Assembly (NCBI GenBank): GCA_016180065.1
Contig: JACPBY010000001.1
Location: 100,851 to 164,850, forward strand
Source: Candidatus Woesearchaeota archaeon
GTDB lineage: Archaea > Nanobdellota > Nanobdellia > Woesearchaeales > UBA10216
Reading direction: 5' to 3'
Length of the DNA stretch: 64,000 nucleotides
Shown: positions 60,301 to 64,000 of the stretch, in pieces
How the letters are laid out: the number at the start of each line of letters is the position of its first letter
How positions within the stretch are numbered: the stretch's first letter is position 1
Program-made: the position numbers and the translations under genes
Notes under the pieces: generated by a model
What the model saw: the letters and a program-made list of their open reading frames with translations, nothing else
Database searches by the model: none
What the model was told of the DNA's origin: nothing

Positions 60301-61869
60301 GCACGTCTTTGTGCAGTCCTTCTTATTGGCGAGAAGAAGCTTCTCGCAGGAGCCATCCTCAGAGGCGTTGAAAGTCCCATCGCCGTTTGAGTCAGAGCTG
60401 AAGGAATCGGAAATCCAGGAACAGTTTGCATTGCTAGTCCGGCAGGTGTCGTTTTTGAAGCACCCAATGCAATTTGCGCTGCAGTCAGTAAACCCAAACT
60501 TTATGTAGCTTTCCGGCTCGCACCAGCCCTGCCCGTTCATTGCGTTTGTGTCAGGAATCCACTTACAGAAGCCCAAAGCCGAGTTCTTGCACTGCTGCGC
60601 AGCTGTTTCGTTTGTAGCCCAGGGGCTGCCGTCTGACTGCTTTTCACACGCCCAGCAGGCATCATTGCAGCTTTCCTTGCTGAAATCGCCAAAAGACGGC
60701 TCGCACCACGAATCAGATGCTGTTTGGGTGTTGCTGTACTGGTCAGTGTAGGTGTACTTTTCTGTTTTCCAGGTGCCTCCTGTGGCTGTGCAGGAAGATT
60801 CTGTCTTGATGTCAAAGAAATCCCCACCGCCTCCGGAGCTGCCGAATATGCTGTTAAGGCTGAACTCGCACTTGCTCTTGGCTGCGTTCCAGCTGCACGG
60901 CATGAAATAAGTCCCGCTTGCCACTGTGCAGTTCTGCTGGTTTGCAGCAGCATCGCAGAATGTAAAAGGGGAAACAGGCAGGTTTGCAGAGGTTTTTGTA
61001 ACATTCCCTACGCAAGTGATGTTTGAGGACACCCAAGTGCACAACGGCGAGGTATGGGGCTGGTTGTTGCAAATGGTCTGGTTGACAAAGTTCGGGCACA
61101 CTATGCCTGCAGCATAATCAAAGCCTTCCCTGGAATCGCAGAGGCTCCCAACATCGCTCCACTGGCAAACAGTCACGTTGCCACAGGCGGCCCTGTTGCC
61201 GTCAAAAATCGGGCAGTCCGCTGTTTTGTTCATTGCACCTGTGCCTCCACCGCCGCCAGCCTTTCCTTCCTGGCAACTCTTCGTAAGCTCATCCCAGTGG
61301 CAGGCAGCGCCTGAGTCCACAGCACCCCAGCAGGCAACAGAGTTCTGGTATTGGAAACAGCCCGTGTTTGGAGGCTCGCCCAAAGCCGGACTGCCATTGC
61401 TCTGGAACTTCCAGATGGCTGTTGCGCTGCTGCCTGGCACAACATTGACGAGAACTATCAGCGCATATGTGTTGTTGCCCGTCTTCACGGCAAAGGCATC
61501 ACCAGCACCAAAAACAGAGGCTCCAACATGCTCATAAATAAGCCCCACTCCACCGTAGAACGTGTCAGAGCCATTCGGCACCTTATAAGTGGTAAGGTTG
61601 TTCATGGGCCCCATATTCCTGATTTTGCCAGGGCTCGCATTAAGGAAGCCAAGGCTGGTGCTTGTCATAAACGCGTTAACAGCCACTCCAGACCTCTTGT
61701 CCCACTTGACATGGCCTGAAGAGTTGCTTACCTCGCCGCTTGTAAGGTTGATGTAAGTAGTGTCATTAAGGACAGCTGTGCCGCTCGTAACCACAGCTGC
61801 AACAGGGAAAGAAGATGCCAAAACGCCAAAAAGGACAACGACAGAAATGAACGCAAAAGACTGACGCAT
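57331..61869 (-). CDS. very large Cys-rich, sequon-dense surface (S-layer-like) protein with a PGF-pre-PGF-like domain and a C-terminal TM anchor
   Basis: The signal peptide is MRQSFAFISVVVLFGVLASSFPVAA (ATG at 61869). It has many N-x-S/T sequons, repeated C-x(n)-C-x-W-x(n)-C units, Asp-rich Ca-binding-like motifs, a poly-Gly tract and YEATTPGFSVFSVV. The C-terminus is GLGFAAKVVWTVVVLTALVLAAV. Confidence 0.8.
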   Translation of the reverse strand: MRQSFAFISVVVLFGVLASSFPVAAVVTSGTAVLNDTTYINLTSGEVSNSSGHVKWDKRSGVAVNAFMTSTSLGFLNASPGKIRNMGPMNNLTTYKVPNGSDTFYGGVGLIYEHVGASVFGAGDAFAVKTGNNTYALIVLVNVVPGSSATAIWKFQSNGSPALGEPPNTGCFQYQNSVACWGAVDSGAACHWDELTKSCQEGKAGGGGGTGAMNKTADCPIFDGNRAACGNVTVCQWSDVGSLCDSREGFDYAAGIVCPNFVNQTICNNQPHTSPLCTWVSSNITCVGNVTKTSANLPVSPFTFCDAAANQQNCTVASGTYFMPCSWNAAKSKCEFSLNSIFGSSGGGGDFFDIKTESSCTATGGTWKTEKYTYTDQYSNTQTASDSWCEPSFGDFSKESCNDACWACEKQSDGSPWATNETAAQQCKNSALGFCKWIPDTNAMNGQGWCEPESYIKFGFTDCSANCIGCFKNDTCRTSNANCSWISDSFSSDSNGDGTFNASEDGSCEKLLLANKKDCTKTCSACQSQNICAASAANCSWDTTSSFASFCHLNNTVQEICFLPGDEDGDSLSDCADVNDCQSDPFCGYGMGSGAGGSGAGLGAIGPSTCMQNDNNPAGCAAQTGIGPLGATAVCYYNAATGWCNPVFEKNLAGGMLVDSPPELIGFDPQDDNTSGQNWTDITDVGVHESPGAQDKIDIGMAVKNLSNFAGCNKVSAYKAITRNLTAKFYRFIDSDNNASTGCAVNGTLPLGAQFREYGFDYKFFYTENTTSGEFKVGFRCVSGSWVPFSAQLAVMKDMCKMTIGGPGGQEGQGGPGGPGEGGSGGGLPGGVQIMVIKKADFGSPKGVIRIFMMTANSSNNLTILNDAGAGANETNPVDIGGPYYYAPGSIDKKFENCMATGQDADGDGLTADNDPDCTLFKKFGFVPFEGGPLCTDGKDNDNNGMVDCNDNSCKYDPFAGCGFGMTCDPNDKSPPGLKWLEAATFPEGASISFDSDEPSNGTVVFYGNDTKCSTLNSTIKDFGLTDSITGNEFKSWHEALIDKYSVNATLGSNRTYYYKYKLCDLCGNCLLSGCTNFTTDTSYKSYVFKPVPSSGLQIDIPQLGVSGDNMTYGKQVNASNAQNIDITIKDPNNGYNITLKNVSVFAAATINITTLYSSNSTNKFVGINTTSWNTIIQKLGVKYITITIPDNGTKLWKCSDDNLSNCFDVTSNASCTFGASVTNCTMAIGAGLGFSYYGVQGTKTYGSSSGSSASSSSSGGGGGGGGGGGGGAALASENFLLQKDLNAGDAGTFSYKKFADLAVYEIVAVAGTASSSPAVSVRETTLASSISPPVSKGAGNVYKYLSITKAKLEAVTTATIKFRVPTGWFGNNSLDPATTSLNRLVSNEWVRLPTKQISEDADFISYEATTPGFSVFSVVAEKAKAKLAVKALPSGEEAAKGQEQQVEVVQQLQQPQPEEARPSEAEKGGLGFAAKVVWTVVVLTALVLAAVEIMHFTHRKLPPLKLPKIPH

Positions 61870-62055
61870 GTCCAACCTATACGCACCTCTTCTTTTCTTT
61901 CTGTTGCTTTCTGAAAGCACTGGTATAAATACATTTCTGTATTTATGCACACGTTTGGCGGGATTGGTTTGTTGCAATTCATCACAACAATCTTTAAATA
62001 TGACCTCATATTGTGTCTTATGACATCATACTTTGAAGGTTTTGGAGGTGTTGGG

Positions 62056-63231
62056 ATGAGAACTACAATCAGCGTTATCAAGGCAGACATAGGCTCTATC
62101 GGCGGCCACGTCAGGCCAAGCAAGGAGGTCATGGCCACGGTCACGGAATATGTCAGCAAAAGCAGGTGGATAAAGGATTACAGGGTGTTCTCAATAGGCG
62201 ACGACATCGCCATAATGATGAGTCATGCAGAAGGCAAGGACAGCCCTGAAGTGCACAGGCTGGCATGGGATGCATTTACAGCAGGCACCAAGGTAGCCAA
62301 GGAACAGGGGCTTTACGGCGCAGGGCAGGACCTCCTGAAGGACGCCTTCTCAGGCAACATCAAAGGAATGGGGCCAGCAGTTGCAGAGCTTGAGTTTGAG
62401 GAAAGGCCAAATGAGCCGTTCATTGTTTTTGCGGCAGACAAGACTGATGCAGGCGCTTTCAGCCTCCCGCTTTACAGCTCATTCGCAGACCCGATGCACT
62501 GTTCTGGATTAATACTGAGCCCGAAAATGGCAAAAGGCTTCAAGTTCAGGATTATGGACGTCACATACACGGAAAGCGACAGGGACATAGAGCTTAACGC
62601 CCCGGAGGAACTTTATGAAATAGCAGCCCTGCTGAGGGATAACGAGCGGTTTGTTGTTGAATCGATTTTCTCAAGGGTTTCCGGCGAACAGGCTGCTTCG
62701 ATAAGCACGACCAGGCTGCATAACATCGCAGGAAAATACACAGGGAAAGACGACCCAGTGATGCTCGTGAGGGTCCAGGGCGAATTCCCTGCAACAGGCG
62801 AGATACTATCACCGTTCAAAATATGCCACTATGTCAGCGGCTTCATGAGAGGCTCGCACACAGGCCCATTGACGCCGGTCAAGGCATGCCAGGGAGTAAG
62901 CTTCTTTGACGGGCCGCCAATAGTCTCTGCACAGGGCTTCTGCATACATAATGGCAGGTTTACAGATGGCGTTGACCTGTTTGCGGATGACTCCATATGG
63001 GACGAAGTGAGGAGGAAAGCAGCCCAGAAGGCGCTTGCAATCAGGGAACAGGGCTTCTCAGGGAATGCAATGCTCGGCATGAACGAGCTTGAATACACCG
63101 GCATTGTGGAGACGCTCAAGAACATAGAGCCCAAGTTCAGGATAAGGGAAGACTTCAGGAAGGAAGAGAAGGAGATGGAGAAAATCCTGAAAAAAGAGCA
63201 AGAAATGGAAAAGCTGCTCCATGCGAAATAA
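62056..63231 (+). CDS. fbp: fructose-1,6-bisphosphate aldolase/phosphatase (class V FBPase)
   Basis: It begins MRTTISVIKADIGSIGGHVRPS. A GGAGGTG Shine-Dalgarno-like sequence lies 5 nt upstream of the ATG at 62056. Confidence 0.9.
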   Translation: MRTTISVIKADIGSIGGHVRPSKEVMATVTEYVSKSRWIKDYRVFSIGDDIAIMMSHAEGKDSPEVHRLAWDAFTAGTKVAKEQGLYGAGQDLLKDAFSGNIKGMGPAVAELEFEERPNEPFIVFAADKTDAGAFSLPLYSSFADPMHCSGLILSPKMAKGFKFRIMDVTYTESDRDIELNAPEELYEIAALLRDNERFVVESIFSRVSGEQAASISTTRLHNIAGKYTGKDDPVMLVRVQGEFPATGEILSPFKICHYVSGFMRGSHTGPLTPVKACQGVSFFDGPPIVSAQGFCIHNGRFTDGVDLFADDSIWDEVRRKAAQKALAIREQGFSGNAMLGMNELEYTGIVETLKNIEPKFRIREDFRKEEKEMEKILKKEQEMEKLLHAK

Positions 63232-63259
63232 GAGGGCGGGAAAAATTGCAAAGGTCAAG

Positions 63260-64000
63260 GTGGGCATCAACGGCTACGGCACAATAGGCCGAAGGGTTGC
63301 CGATGCTGTGCTGAAGCAGCCTGACATGGAGCTTATCGGGGTTACAAAGGTAACGCCGGATTACAGGATTGAAGAAGCGCAGGAAAAGGGAATAAATGTA
63401 TTCTCAGTAAGCAGCAGCAGGGATTTTGAGGCGCAAGGCTACTTAGTGAAGGGGCGCCTGCAAGATATGCTGGCTGAATGCGATGTTGTCGTTGACTGCT
63501 CGCCAAAAGGCAAAGGCAGCGAAAACATGGCAATTTACAGCAACTACCCGAACCTGAAAGCAATACTTCAGGGAGGGGAGAAGCATGACATTACAGGCTT
63601 TTCGTTCAACAGCGACTGCAACTACGGGCAGGCAGCAGGCAGAAGGCTTGCAAGGGTGGTCTCATGCAACACCACAGCCCTCTGCAGGATAATCAGCACG
63701 CTCAATGCCAGCTTCCGGATAAGGAAAGTAAGGGCAACCATCGTCAGGAGAAGCGCTGACCAGTCGGAGAGCGAGAAAAGCGTCCTCAATGCATGGGTTC
63801 CGGAAGCCAAAAAGGGATTTCCCAGCCACCACGCCCTGGACGTCAAGACAATCCTCCCAGACATAAACATAACCACTCTTGCAGGAGAAGCCCCAATGAC
63901 GCTCATGCACGGGCACATGCTGTTTATAGAGCTTGAAAAAGGAGGCAGGCAGGCAGATGCCCATGGCGTTGCTGATGCCCTTCAGAAAAACCCGAGAATA
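63260..64000 (+). CDS. gap: archaeal type II glyceraldehyde-3-phosphate dehydrogenase, 3' end beyond the window
   Basis: My translation gives (V)GINGYGTIGRRVADAVLKQPDMELIGVTK...VVSCNTTALCR. There is no in-frame ATG, so the probable start is the GTG at 63260. The ORF is open to position 64000. Confidence 0.8.
   Translation, partial: MGINGYGTIGRRVADAVLKQPDMELIGVTKVTPDYRIEEAQEKGINVFSVSSSRDFEAQGYLVKGRLQDMLAECDVVVDCSPKGKGSENMAIYSNYPNLKAILQGGEKHDITGFSFNSDCNYGQAAGRRLARVVSCNTTALCRIISTLNASFRIRKVRATIVRRSADQSESEKSVLNAWVPEAKKGFPSHHALDVKTILPDINITTLAGEAPMTLMHGHMLFIELEKGGRQADAHGVADALQKNPRI

Overview
This is a gene-dense archaeal chromosomal segment. Archaeal markers include Nop5 and fibrillarin, PCNA, the RFC large subunit, ATP-dependent DNA ligase, XPD, RNase J, archaeal-type GAPDH, FBP aldolase/phosphatase, intron-containing tRNAs, and TATA-like boxes about 25 nt upstream of many starts. 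The small gene sizes and the abundance of surface proteins suggest an uncultivated, possibly DPANN-like lineage, but that is inference only. Housekeeping genes (CysRS, ValRS, GlyRS, TrxB, SurE, a RecJ-like DHH protein, an E1-like ThiF protein, ion transporters, oxidoreductases) are interleaved with accessory content. Accessory content: (1) From position 13188 leftwards to the window edge lies a run of 12 co-directional minus-strand genes. Eleven of them begin with a prepilin-like [KR][KR]G + hydrophobic N-terminus, and one encodes a 2,090-aa giant protein. (2) Three toxin-antitoxin-like modules are present: DUF433/PIN-like, HEPN/MNT, and a DUF4258-like gene with a Zn-ribbon-AbrB gene coupled to a DEDD exonuclease. 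(3) There are two large surface proteins, including a 1,512-aa Cys-rich protein dense in glycosylation sequons. (4) tRNA-Pro(CGG) and tRNA-Leu(CAG) each carry a roughly 100-nt anticodon-loop intron, and the two introns have related ends. (5) A family of hairpin modules is shared between the tRNA-Leu intron and at least three intergenic sites, and two copies differ by compensatory base-pair swaps. No rRNA, CRISPR array, transposase or integrase was seen. Many track ORFs are antisense shadows or carry artificial 5' extensions, so I moved several starts.
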